A DNA stretch of 64,000 bases from assembly GCF_009914755.1 (NCBI RefSeq), contig NC_060931.1; one strand, written 5' to 3'. Position numbers and translations under genes: made by a program. Positions 47,906 through 64,000 of the stretch are shown here, in pieces. Source of the stretch: the human T2T-CHM13v2.0 reference genome, Homo sapiens. The number at the start of each line of letters is the position of its first letter. The stretch's first letter is position 1. The notes under the pieces were generated by a model. It saw only the letters and a list, made by a program, of their open reading frames with translations, ran no database searches and had not been told where the DNA came from.

Positions 47906-48570
47906 TGTTTTTTTTTTTAAGTTTTTAAAATGGTTTAATTTCTTTGAATATCATCGGACTAGAGTTTGCCCAGGTGGCAGAATTTAGTTAGGGCCTTTAG
48001 CTGAAAATTGTTAGTGCAGTGAAGGTTTACCCTGAGTGGGCAAAATATTAAGGATCCCTTTCAAGTTTATTTTCAATTGATAAAATGCTTATTCTCCTAA
48101 CCAATTCTTCTTTTTTTTTCTTTTTCAACTTTTATTTTAGAATCCAGGGGTACACGTGCAGGATTGTTACAGAGGCCTATTGCATGACTCTGAGGTTTGG
48201 GGTATGACTGAACCCATCCCCCTGGTAATGAGCACAATCCCTAATAGGTAGATTCTCAGCCCTTTTCCTTGTCCCTCTCTCCCGCCTCTAGCAGTCCCCA
48301 GTGTCTACTGTTCTCCTCCTTATGTCCATGAGTACCCATTGTTAAGCTCCCACTTATAAGAACATGCAATGTTTGGTTTTATTTCTGCATTAGTTCACTT
48401 AGGATAATGGCCTCCAGGTGCATCAATGTTGCTGCAAAGGGCATCATTTCATTCTTTTTTATGGCTGCATAGTATTCCATGGTTCATACCACGTTTTCTT
48501 TTTTTTTTTTTTTTTCATTAAAGTAGGCCTTTAATGGTGGAATTACAGTCATCTTAGTTGAAGAGATTTG
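47906..48570 (-). other. L1-mediated 3' transduction block (three segments separated by A-tails)
   Basis: Lies between the L1 tail and the distal TSD copy at 47889-47905; T-tracts on + at 48499-48515, 48105-48125 and 47906-47918. Confidence 0.82.
48126..48498 (-). mobile_element. Older L1PA (PA13-16-like) 3' end fragment inside the transduction
   Basis: ATGGAATACTATGCAGCCATAAAAAAGAATG..GGAGCTTAAC..CCCCTGGATTCTAAAATAAAAGTTG on the - strand. Confidence 0.8.
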
Positions 48571-48783
48571 TTTTTCTTTGTTTTTTTTAAGTTTTAGGGT
48601 ACATGTGCACAATGTGCAGGTTAGTTACATATGTATACATGTGCCATGCTGATGCGCTGCACCCACTAACTCGTCATGTAGCATTAGGTATATCTCCCAA
48701 TGCTATCCCTCCCCCCTCACCCCACCCCACAACAGTCCCCAGAGTGTGATGTTCCCCTTCCTGTGTCCATGTGTTCTCATTGT

Positions 48784-52593
<3,810 letters not shown>

Positions 52594-52656
52594 TATGATG
52601 TTAGCTGGTTATTTTGCTCGTTAGTTGATGCAGTTTCTTCCTAGTCTCGATGGTCT

Positions 52657-53671
52657 TTACATTTTGGCATGATTTTGCAGTGGCTGGTATCGGTTGTTCC
52701 TTTCCATGTTTAGCACTTCCTTCGGGAGCTCTTTTAGGGCAGGCCTGGTGGTGACAAAATCTCTCAGCATTTGCTTGTCTGTAAAGTATTTTATTTCTCC
52801 TTCACTTATGAAGCTTAGTTTGGCTGCATATGAAATTCTGGGTTGAAAATTCTTTTCTTTAAGAATGTTGAATATTGGCCCCCATTCTCTTCTGGCTTGT
52901 AGAGTTTCTGCTGAGAGATCCGCTGTTAGTCTGATGGGCTTCCCTTTGTGGGTAACCCGACCTTTCTCTCTGGCTGCCCTTAATATTTTTTCCTTCATTT
53001 TGACTTTGGTGAATCTGACAATTATGTGTCTTGGAGTTTCTCTTCTTGAGGAGTATCTTTGTGGTGTTCTCTGTATTTCCTGAATCTGAATGTTGGCCTG
53101 CCTTGCTAGATTGGGGAAGTTCTCCTGGATAATATCCTGACGAGTGTTTTCCAACTTGGTTCCATTCTCCCCGTCACTTTCAGGTACACCAATCAGACGT
53201 AGATTTGGTCTCTTCACATAGTCCCATATTTCTTGGAGGCTTTGCTCGTTTCTTTTTATTCTTTTTTCTCTAAACTTCCCTTCTCACTTCATTTCATTCA
53301 CTTCATCTTCCATCGCTGATACCCTTTCTTCCAGTTGATCGCATCGGCTCCTGAGGCTTCTGCATTCTTCATGTAGTTCTCGAGCCTTGGTTTTCAGCTC
53401 CATCAGCTCCTTTAAGCACTTCTCTGTATTGGTTATTCTAGTTATACATTCTTCTAAACTTTTTTCAAAGTTTTCAACTTCTTTGCCTTTGGTTTGAATT
53501 TCCTCCTGTTGCTCGGGGTAATTTGATCGTCTGAAGCCTTCTTCTCTCAGCTCGTCAAAGTCTCTCCATCCAGCTTTGTTCCGTTGCTGGTGAGGAACTG
53601 CATTCCTTTAGAGGAGGAGAGGCGCCCTGCTTTTTAGAGTTTCCAGTTTTTCTGCTCTGTTTTTTCCCCAT
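52657..53671 (-). pseudogene. L1 ORF1, frameshifted
   Basis: ATG at 53671, ends ..PLQNHAKM*; span is 1015 nt against 1017 expected, with a 2-nt loss near 53562. Confidence 0.9.
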
Positions 53672-54575
53672 CTTTGTGGTTTTATCTACTTTTGGTCTTT
53701 GATGATGGTGATGTACAGATGGGTTTTTGGTGTGGATGTCCTTTCTGTTTGTTAGTTTTCCTTCTAACAGACAGGACCCTCAGCTGCAGGTCTGTTGGAG
53801 TACCCTGCCGTGTGAGGTGTCAGTGTGCCCCTGCTGGGGGGTGCCTCCCAGTTAGGCTGCTCGGGGGTCAGGGGTCAGGGACCCACTTGAGGAGGCAGTC
53901 TACCTGTTCTCAGATCTCCAGCTGCGTGCTGGGAGAACCACTACTCTCTTCAAAGCTGTCAGACAGGGACATGTAAGTCTGCAGAGGTTACTGCTGTCTT
54001 TTTGTTTGTCTGTGCCCTGCCCCCAGAGGTGGAGCCTACAGAGGCAGGCAGGCCTCCTTGAGCTGTGGTGGGCTTCACCCAGTTCGAGCTTCCAGGCTGC
54101 TTTGTTTACCTAATCAAGCCTGGGCAATGGCGGGCTCCCCTCCCCCAGCCTCGCTGCTGCCTTGCAGTTTGATCTCAGACTGCTGTGCTAGCAATCAGCG
54201 AGACTCCGTTGGGTAGGACCCTCCAAGCCAGGTGCAGGTTATAATCTCCTGGTGCGCCGTTTTTTAAGCCTGTCGGAAAAGCGCAGTATTCGGGTGGGAG
54301 TGACCTGATTTTCCAGGTGCCGTCTGTCACCCCTTTCTTTGACTAGGAAAGGGAACTCCCTGACCCCTTGTGCTTCCCGAGTGAGGCAGTGCCTCACCCT
54401 GCTTCGGCTCGCACACGGTGCACGCACCCACTGACCTGCGCCCACTGTCTGGCGCTCCCTAGTGAGATGAACCCGGTACCTCAGATGGAAATGCAGAAAT
54501 CACCGTCTTCTGCGTCGCTCACGCTGGGAGCTGTAGACCGGAGCTGTTCCTATTCGGCCATCTTCTCTCCTAACC
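53672..54575. promoter_or_regulatory. L1 5'UTR internal sense promoter (-) and antisense promoter (+)
   Basis: YY1 core AAGATGGCC near the 5' end; CpG-rich; a known property of L1PA 5'UTRs, but activity here is unknown. Confidence 0.6.
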
Positions 54576-55060
54576 CAAAAGGCTTAGTTTTTGATCCCCA
54601 GATGGCTGACATATCTGCCCTGAGATTTGTAATTTTTGTAGGAAAACTAAGATTCCTGATAAAGATTCAGATCTTTCTTCAGTAATAATTTTAAAACTCT
54701 CAAACTTTCTCTAACAACTTCTTCCAGGCTTCATAAATGCAGCTATGTTATTAGGCTCTTTGAAGAGAGGTAAGGGGGGTACCTGTCTTCTACATAATAT
54801 ATCAGAAAATTTCAATTCTTTAGACTTACTCTCACCAGCCTCCCAGGTATGTAGTTTTTTGTCTTACTATAAGTCCCTAAAATTAACTGGCCCACAAAAC
54901 GTCTTTAAAATCAATGTTTAGTTCCCCATACTCATCTTTCCTTCTTTCTCTCCCTAGAATAGGTCTGGCAGTAAATAAATTTAGAAACTTTTTTTATTTC
55001 CTGACTTAAACTGACATTTGCATTGGGGAGCAGGTAAGAGTTTTGTTGTGTATGTGTGTG

Positions 55061-55359
55061 TTTTTTTTGTTTTGTTTTGTTTTTGACAGAGTCTTGCTGT
55101 GTTGCCAGGCTGGAGTGCGGTGGTGTGATCTCAGCTCGCTGCAGCCTCCACCTCTGAGGTTCAAGTGATTCTCCTGCCTCAGCCTCCCGAGTAGCTGGGA
55201 CTACAGGCGCGTGCCACCACGCCCAGCTAATTTTTGTATTTTTAGTAGAGATGGTTTCACCATGTTGGCTAGGACGGTCTCAATCTCCTGACCTCGTAAT
55301 CCACCCACCTCGGCCTCCCAAAGTGTTGGGATTACAGGCGTGAGCCACCACGCCCAGCT
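55061..55359 (-). mobile_element. AluS (Sc-like)
   Basis: Reverse-complement Alu ending GAGCCACCACGCCCAGC. Confidence 0.9.
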
Positions 55360-56962
55360 GAGAGTTTTTTCCCAAGTTCCATTCAGATTTTTTATTGTGC
55401 AGTTCCTACAAGCTGTGATAAATTTCAGGTGGCCAGGGTCCCACCTCTCAGGCCTCTTGAACTGCCTGCCAGTCCTTGGCCTCCTCCCCTGCTGAGGTCA
55501 GCCTTCACGCAGATCATTTGTACCCCCAGCCCCTCGAGCTGATCCAGAGTCCAATTCTAGGCTAGCCAGTGACCTGTGGAAAGTTGGGAGCAAAACGTTT
55601 TATTGGACCCATCAGATTCTAGCTCTTGAGAATTTAGATGGAGGAAATCAGGCATCCGTATGAGCTGAAGCTGAAAGGAGGTGCTGATGGAGAAAGGGAT
55701 TGGAGGGGCCATCATGGACCATGTCAAAGCCTAAGTTGTGTAGCAGCAGAAGCCATGAGGAAGCTCTGAAATGTGGTCCGTGAAGGGAGGAGAGTGGAGC
55801 AGACACAGGAGCTAGGGGCAGAGGACAGCCTGTCCCTGGAGCTGCCTCCAGATCTTGCTTTCAGACTCCAGTTCAGGTGCATGTATATCCCATGAGTAAG
55901 CCCTCTGCTTCTTGGAGTGCTCTGGGTCTAGGATTCTTTCCTCGTATAGGACATCCCTTCAAACTAAAAACCTGCCAACAACCCTAAACACCAGCATCCC
56001 CTGGCACAGTGCAATCTGAGGGATACTCAGCAGCTCTTCTCACGACAGGTCTGGCTGGCAGCCGAGGCTCTGCATGTCTATCACAGCCCTAGGTGCTGCC
56101 ACTCCTGCGGGCCCCCAGTTCACAAGGGCAAGAGAATGGGTGACTTGCACGAGCAACCCTGTTACTCAATTAGAAAGAAAGAAATCCGGATCTAAAACAA
56201 AACCAACAAAAACTAGGTTTCCAGCCAATCTAAAAGAAAGAATAAGTGATATTTCCTCACTTTTTTTTTCCCTTTCTGTGGCATTTAGGAAAAGAGTAGA
56301 GGAAGATGCTCAAATCTGGCATGACCAAGAGCCTCTGAGGCCTCAGGATCCTTAGTATCTTGAGGAAAGCTTTTTTCTTTCTTTTTTATTTTTTAGAAGA
56401 ATTCTTGGGTTTATAAATAAATCTGTTCTCTGATATCAATAAATTCACCCAGAGAGGAGGAATTTTTTTTTTTTTTTGGCTAAATGGATTGGTCTTGAAT
56501 AGTTTCTAAGACTCTAACAAGAAACTGCTAGATTTCACTAGAAGGCAGTATGATGGAATCTGGTAATCATTCTAAACTCAGCAGTAGGTCTCCTGATGTG
56601 CAATTTCCAAACATGCTGCTTTCCATTGCTGCTGAAGTCTGTTGAAGTTTTTGATGCATATTTTGCTTTTAAAATGAGAGGGTTGACTCTTGACCAAATG
56701 ACTGAGTGCAAATGGTAACATCATTTTCCTCGCACATATTTTCCTGTTCTAACTTCAGGCTAGATCAATGTTTGCCCTCTTCAAACACTGGAAAGGCTCC
56801 ACTGGGATAGAGGTAACAGTGAGATGGGAAATAAAGGGAAAACAAAGAGAACATTACTGCAAATACCAGTCAAACTTGGATCTGGTTCAAAAAAACCAAA
56901 AGGTATAATATAAAAATGTAAGCTTGAAAAATATCCAGTAGACTAAACATTCACTCATCCTG

Positions 56963-56996
<34 letters not shown>

Positions 56997-57805
56997 TTTG
57001 CCTTGGTGTCTTCTGGGCTAAACTCTTGGGCAATGGCTTTTAGTACAGTATAATTTGTTAGCATTTACTGCCGGTGATAAATTAGGAGGCCCCACCATGA
57101 GATTTTACTGCTTCAGGTAGGGTGATCACAGCTTTCCAAATTGTAAATTACTTTAGCAACTACTTGGGACAGAAGGAAGTGAAACAGAACACTTAAGCTT
57201 AGAAGACCACTTCTTATTCTTCCTCTACCCTGGTGCTTATCTGCATGGAATGCTTGGGTAAAAGCAGGCTTTAAAACATCCCGCCATCCCTTGCCTGACC
57301 AGCCTTTTTAATTGTCTTTTGAGTAAACTTCAAAGCCATCTGTTAGTTATGCAAAAGATATCAGTACAACTCACCTGATGTTAAACATAGTGCTTACTGG
57401 AAGCACCACATTTTAGGTAATCATATTTTTTAAATGCTACTCTTGGACTTAATAATCCATACTTTGTTATTTAACCAACTTCTTAAGAGAGTCTTTAATC
57501 AAAAAGGTCACTACAAGGCTAAATTCCTTAAAACCCCACTAAGATAGTGGAAACTACATATACGATAATAAATCAGACTGTTCATCTGGGACATAACAGA
57601 GTTTTAGAGATGTCACATTGATCATGCTTTTTGAATCTGAAATCACACATTATGTAATAAAGGTTTCTTAAGGAGACAACAGGACAAAGTATTTGAAAAC
57701 GAAACTCATTTTTATTGAGTACCTTCCCTGGGTCAGATGCTTTGTATATGCTCTTTCATTTAATTCTCCCAATAGCTCTACAAATTGCTTTTCCTATTTT
57801 GTTTT

Positions 57806-58105
57806 AATTATTTTTTTTTTTAGAGACAGGATCTTGCTCTGTTGCCCAGGCTGGAGTACAGTGGTGTGATCATAGCTCACTATAGCCTCAAACTCCTGGG
57901 CTCAAGTGATCCTCCTGTCTCAGCCTCTCAGTAGCTGGGACTATAGGCGTGTGCCACCACACCCAGCTAATTTTTATTTTTATTTAGTAGAGATAGGGTC
58001 TCACTATGTTGTCCAGGCTGATCTCTAACTCCTGGGCTCAAGTGATCCTCCTGCTTCAGATTCCCAAAGTGCTGGGATTGTTAACATGAACCACAGCACC
58101 AGCCT
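57806..58105 (-). mobile_element. AluJ inserted in a MIR
   Basis: Reverse-complement AluJ; MIR-like flanks (CCATTTTATAGATAAGGAAACCAAG). Confidence 0.85.
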
Positions 58106-58485
58106 GCTTCTCCATTTTATAGATAAGGAAACCAAGCTTCAGAAGTGTTAAGTAGTTTGCTATTTATCGGTAATTCAGGTACTCAAATATAAGTCTGCTA
58201 TATTCCAAAGCCCCTGTTCTATTCTCTATGTCCTAAGATACTATCCTAAACAATGGCAGCTCACTCTCTAATCCTCTTTCCTTCCCCCTACTATCTTCCT
58301 GTCTTCCTGTAGCTCTATTTTACTATGAGCTCTATTTACATTCTATGGCTCTATTATGCTGGAAGCATGTTTGGCTGGCTATATGCAGTTATTTGTAATC
58401 CCTGCCTAGGGCATTTATTAAGCATCTACTACAGGTCAGTAACTAGGAGAGCTGTGGATGGCTGCAAGTAAGGAGGGATAGATAA

Positions 58486-58853
<368 letters not shown>

Positions 58854-58950
58854 GGTTCCTATAGTTTTGTGGTGGCTCTTCCTACTTCACTGCCATCTCC
58901 AAAGCCAAACCTCTTCACCAGCTGCACTGGGCCTGGCAAAGCTTGGCTAG

Positions 58951-59041
58951 AAAGGGCCCAATAAGGAGACCAGGGCATGGAAAAGGATCTGAATCACTTG
59001 TCAATACTATTATATAAAACAAGCTAAGATGAATGAATACA
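58951..59041 (+). repeat. 91-bp dispersed direct repeat, copy 1 (copy 2 at 60919-61009)
   Basis: GCCCAATAAGGAGACCAGGGCATGGAAAAGGAT..TAAGATGAATGAATACA, about 92% identical by eye. Confidence 0.9.
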
Positions 59042-60615
59042 TTTGTAAATATTTCAGTGTTTAATTATAAATCAGTGTTTTTAAAATCTATTGGCAACTG
59101 ATCCTCCAGCAAGATTTTTATCAGTCTACACTCCCATCAGCTGTGCACCAGCTGAGTCCCTGGGTTTGCAGACATTTAGCTAGCAATCTCCAGTTTGGTT
59201 TAGAGTGATGTCTGCTTGTCTGGCGGCTTCAGAATTTCTAAACGGGAAAGACTCAGGGACAGGGAGGTGGGAAAGTGCTTTGAAACCGCATCTGCATAGC
59301 ACTTTACATGAGATTGACAAAGTGTCCATTTTCCACATCAAAGAATGGGGTAGGGGAGGATTGCACAGGAGAGAGGACTTAAAGCCACCATTTGCCCCAC
59401 TGGGCTGAGCACTAACAGCCATGGGCTGCGCCAAAGCCCCAGCTCTGAGTGGAATTCATTCAGCAAGATCTGTCTCCCAGAATATGACCTTGCAGACCAC
59501 TGCTTTTGTCTTAGCAGATACAGCCAGTGAGTCCGCACATGTCTGACTTATCTTCTGCCAAGTTTGAGAGAGCCAGGCTTTTCGTATTCGCTATCTCTAC
59601 TGGGTCCTACAGCACTAGAGAAGAAAAATCTCCCACAAGCAGATTCGAATACCCTCTTGCTAACTAACCAGAAACCATTTGAGGTAGAAGATGGCTGATG
59701 GCAGTCTTGTATTTATCAAGTTTGCTCTTCACCAACTGGCTTCTTGGTTACCAGTAGCTCATAATAAGAGCTCGTAAGTTTTAGTGAGCATTAACTATGT
59801 GGCAGACACCATGCCATGCCCTGTACCTACACTGTCTTATTTAAGCCTTTCAATTATCCCCTGGGACAGTTACTGTTATCCGTATGTTACGATGAGAAAA
59901 CTGGCACTGAGAAAGGCTAAGTTACCTGCTGAAGCCCACACTAGAAAATGGTGTTGCTGGGTTTAGAACTCAGGCCTGACCTCTCCGTGGCCCAACTTTT
60001 AATACAGTGTTGAAGGATATGGGAGGTGAGTAGGGCAGCAAAGGATGGCTTTCATCATTTTCAAAAGTTGATTATAAATTTGTAAAATAAAGCAGAGTGT
60101 TTAGATTATCTCACTTAAGATATATTAAGTGAAATGAGATTAAGCAGTTTCTGGTCTCCTGCTATGGTGGGCTTCTGTGTTCTCTAAGCTTGAGTAGCAC
60201 AGCAGCATTTCAATGTAACAGGCTCGTGACTCCAATCAAAGATCCTACCTGCCAGTATTCAGATGCAGTCACTCTGAGAGCAAGGGCATTTATTAAGCAT
60301 CTACTACAGGTTAGAAACTCTGCTAGTGATTTATGTGTGTAAAGGGATGTTTAGAGGGCCTATTCCTGATGCCTTGGAATCGGCCCTGGGCCCATAATAA
60401 CACAGGTTATGTGTTCATGTTTCTAACTCAGGGAAAGCTTCCAAATATTGGGGCTGGGCTTCCTAAGACTTGGCAAACCTGCCTCACTACAATCAATCCC
60501 TCATTTCCTCCAATCCTTCCTGCTTTAGAGCTCATGGAATCAGGACCCTGGGAGCTTTGGCTTTGCCTGTGTTCCTGGACAGCTAAAGGAAGGGGAATTA
60601 CTAGTTCCTTAGTAA

Positions 60616-60649
60616 TTTTATTAGTAATTCAAGAGAATTACTAATAAAA
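60616..60649. repeat. Perfect 15-bp inverted repeat with 4-nt loop
   Basis: TTTTATTAGTAATTC-AAGA-GAATTACTAATAAAA. Confidence 0.9.
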
Positions 60650-60918
60650 ACTGGGGTTATCTCATTCATTTGTTCATTCACTCATGCACCAAACAAATGC
60701 TGTGTGTGGGATCCATCCAGTGTGCCAGGTGCTTGTGATACCTCAGTCACAAAACCACAGTCCCTGCCCTCATGGAGCTCATGTTTGAATGTCTACTCAG
60801 GCAGTGGACATGCTCATTTGCCTGGTGCCAGCCTGTGGTAGAAATGCAGGTGCTGCCACGCATCAAGAGGCCTCCTCAGTAGGTAGGTGGGTTGGAGCCT
60901 TCTTGTCAGTGCCCATCT

Positions 60919-61009
60919 AAAGAGCCCAATAAGGAGACCAGGGCATGGAAAAGGATGTGAATCACTTTTCAATACTATTACATAAAACAGCTTAAGATGA
61001 ATGAATACA
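60919..61009 (+). repeat. 91-bp dispersed direct repeat, copy 2
   Basis: See 58951-59041. Confidence 0.9.
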
Positions 61010-61927
61010 GGAGGTCCCTGCCTATAAGACGCAGGTCTGTGCCCATATGGAAGTTGAGAGAGATGTGGACAAAGGCAAGCTGGAAGAGATCTTCCCATCA
61101 GAAAATAGTGGGGTTGGGGAAAGGTGACAGCAAGAGGGACTGCAAGGCCCTCTGAGGCCTCACACATGGTGCCTTGAGAGATATAGAATACCCCCAGTTT
61201 TCTTAGGGAGGGTTGCAGCTGTTTTACCTGGTCTCAAGTAGATTTTACTAGAATGCTCTCCCTAGCCATCTTCACAAGCAGACTAACAAGGCCTCCTCTT
61301 CCTCCTTAGCCTAATCAAATCCATCTGGAGAGACAGAGGGCATGGCCTCCCTTTACACCCGCTATCCATCTGAATTACCTGGACAGGACCCGGAGTCTTG
61401 CTCACGCCAGTATGAAATTGTCCCTAGGCTCTCCTGACACTTCCCAGAGCTGCACTGTGTCTTCCTGAGTGCAATGGATCCAAGGTGACATTTACAGGAG
61501 AGTGCTGATTTGATCTTGCTTCTAGGAAGCAGGGTAAGGCTGAGGTCCTTGGCCTTGACAAGGCAGGACCCAAAGGCCAAAGGTTGCTATTTAAACACAC
61601 GTTTCTAGCTGAGCAAGTTAATGTTGCCAACGTTGACAATATTTAAAAAACGTCTCCCATAAGCAGGATGCTGCTGCTGCAAGCCAGACAAAGAAGCACC
61701 CACTGTCCCCCGGCAGCTCACTGCATGCTTGGAAGTCAGTTGAAAACTTCGGAGATCACTTTGTTTTACTCAGAAACTGCTTATTTTTCAAAGTTAAAAT
61801 TTTTCAAAGTTAATATTTTTCAAAGTCACAATTAAGCAGTTTCTGATTTTTTGTTTCTACTGAGCTGCTCCATTTGTTATCTGTTAAGTGATCAAAATAG
61901 GCAAAGGCTTTCTTTTGACATTTTTCT

Positions 61928-62248
61928 TTTTTTCTTTTTTCTTTTCATTTTTTTTTTTTTTTTTTTGAGATGGGAGTCTTGCTCTGTTGCCCAGGCTAGA
62001 GTGCAGTGGCGCAATCCCGGCTCACTGCAACCTCTGCTGGTAGGGTTCAAGTGATTCCCATGCCTCAGCCTCCTTAGTAGCTGGGATTACAGGCACGCAC
62101 CACCACGCCTGGCTAATTTTTGTATTTTTAGTAGAGATGGGGTTTTGCCATGCTGGCCAGCTGGTCTTGAACTCCTGACCTCAAGTGATCCGCCCACCTC
62201 AGTCTCCCAAAGTGCTGGAATTACAGGTGTGAGACACCACGCCCTGCC
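61928..62248 (-). mobile_element. AluSx-like element
   Basis: Reverse-complement Alu; TSD TTT(T/G)GACATTTTTCT. Confidence 0.9.
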
Positions 62249-64000
62249 TCTTTGGACATTTTTCTCACTCCAACAATTTAAGGAGAAGAGAGGTTCTTAG
62301 TTACTGACAGGAAGGTGATTGCCCATTATTCTGAAACTCAAAAATAAAAGTGCAGAAAGATTGATCAGAGGATTTGCTCTCTCTGGAAATACCGGTCTTG
62401 CCATCTTTCAAGCAAATAGCGGCTCACTGGTAGGAATTTCAAAACCTGTGCTTAAACTGCCAAATTCCTTTCCTCTGCTGTTCCCATTTCTCTGTAATGA
62501 TGGCCCCAGAAGGGAGGCTTGGTGCAGGCTGACGCTTTCTCTGCCTTGGGCAGCATGGAATGTCTCGCCTTTGACACACAGCCAGGCTCCAAGGAGGTCC
62601 TCCATAAACACTTGTGGATACATGTTTGTGGTCTGTGTCTGCAGTGCATTTACCTTCTCTACCTTCTCTATTATAATTCACATTAGTCCTCCTTTGTCTC
62701 TCTAACAATAGAGAAGGGTAGGAAAACCTTTTTTGTAACCTAATTTCAAACTCATCACCTATTTCTTTCATTACAACCTTCATCATTTACAGCAAGCAAA
62801 GCAAGCCTTAGGTCATCATTTTCCCATTAGTAGAGGACAGCAAGGGTTCACTTTATATGAATATTCTTTCCCTTTCCCACAAAGTAATGATCTAAGACTT
62901 CTAGCTAGGGGGAAAAAAAATGGTGTTCTTCCCAACCTGGAAATGGCATTGCTCATTAAGTGACTGAGGCTTGCTGAATCCTATGCAAATCAGTCCTGAT
63001 GAGCCTTTAACTAATCTGTTTACAAACCAGACCTGCTAGACAGGCCTCAGTGATTTTCTATCAAAGCAAAAAGCACTGCTCTTTATGGGCATCTGGCTGT
63101 CCCTGAATGGGTAGTTTAAACATAGACTCTTTCCTTCAAAGTAAGATCAAAGGCTTTATGACTCCTAAATGAGTGCATTATTTCCACTTACTACCTTCTT
63201 GTTTGCAATTTGTGTTTATTAACAGCACTGTCTCAGGTTTACTTTGTGAATTACTAGTTTCTGAAAACAGTATGGCAGTTTTATGGACCACAGTATACAT
63301 TTGTGGAGATTATGTAGCATATAATATATAGAATGGCCCATCAGACAGGACATTAGGCAAAGACAGTTCTCTGCAAAGATGACAATGCCTGACCATGCAG
63401 AATACATTCATGATTTTTTTAAGGAAACCATCTGGCATAACAGGGCTAACACAAGAAAAGATTCCCCAGCTCTCCAGATTTGATAACTCTTTGACTACCT
63501 TAGAAGAATTTTCTTTGAAATTTTATTTCTTTTGAAGAGAGTAAGTACCTAAAGCTGTATCGTAGGTGAGGGAATGCCACTGGTACTTTTCAAGGAGAAG
63601 CACAAACAGGTTCTTTTAGAGAACAAGCAGATTGTTTTAAAAACCACAACAAAGATTCCAGCATGTAACTAACCACTTAAGAAACCCTTCTTTTAGTCCT
63701 TCAGCTAGCAGCTTCCCAGTGCGAAGACAGAGGTCTCTATCGTCCCTGGTCCTAACACAGAGATTAGAACCCTGTCCTTCACTCCCACCATCCAATTCAT
63801 CTTAGGAGGATAAAGCTGCCAAGAAAATTGCATCTTTTAAGATTTGTGGTGACTCAGGTATACAAGCTTCAAGGTGTCACTGACCTATAAAAGGGACTAG
63901 ACTAAACTGCAATGAGTACAGTGCAATGCAGGGAACATCCACCTTTGGAAGGGGCAGCTTTTAATGTCACTAGATGGTCCAGCCAGAAATTAAATGGGAT

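Noticed and set aside
60628-60636. TTCAAGAGA in the hairpin, identical to the common synthetic shRNA loop
   Set aside because: The arms are too short and AT-rich and there is no vector context; treated as coincidence.

Overview
This is primate, very likely human, intergenic DNA that is repeat-rich and has no supportable spliced host gene. It holds three full-length processed retrocopies, each with target-site duplications (TSDs). The first is EIF4H, short isoform (- strand, 2701-5228), with its 228-aa ORF still open. The second is PSMC1 (+ strand, 8038-~9570), which is disrupted and nested in or fused to an Alu monomer. The third is CCDC86 (- strand, ~37325-39190), which is disrupted and inserted into an old L1M. 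From memory, the EIF4H and PSMC1 pair fits human 7p15.2 (EIF4HP1/PSMC1P2, between EVX1/HOXA and HIBADH); this is unverified. The most notable structure is a full-length L1PA2/PA3-type element (- strand) whose 17-bp TSD also encloses about 680 bp of stacked 3' transductions separated by four A-tails, which looks like a record of several successive jumps. Other highlights: a young AluYa5-lineage insertion, two neighbouring Alus sharing a private 59-bp rearranged tract (gene-conversion signature), closely spaced inverted Alus, a (GGGGAT)18 G4-type repeat, short dispersed duplications and a perfect 15-bp hairpin. Repeat subfamily calls and parent-protein comparisons come from recalled consensus sequences, not from computed alignments.
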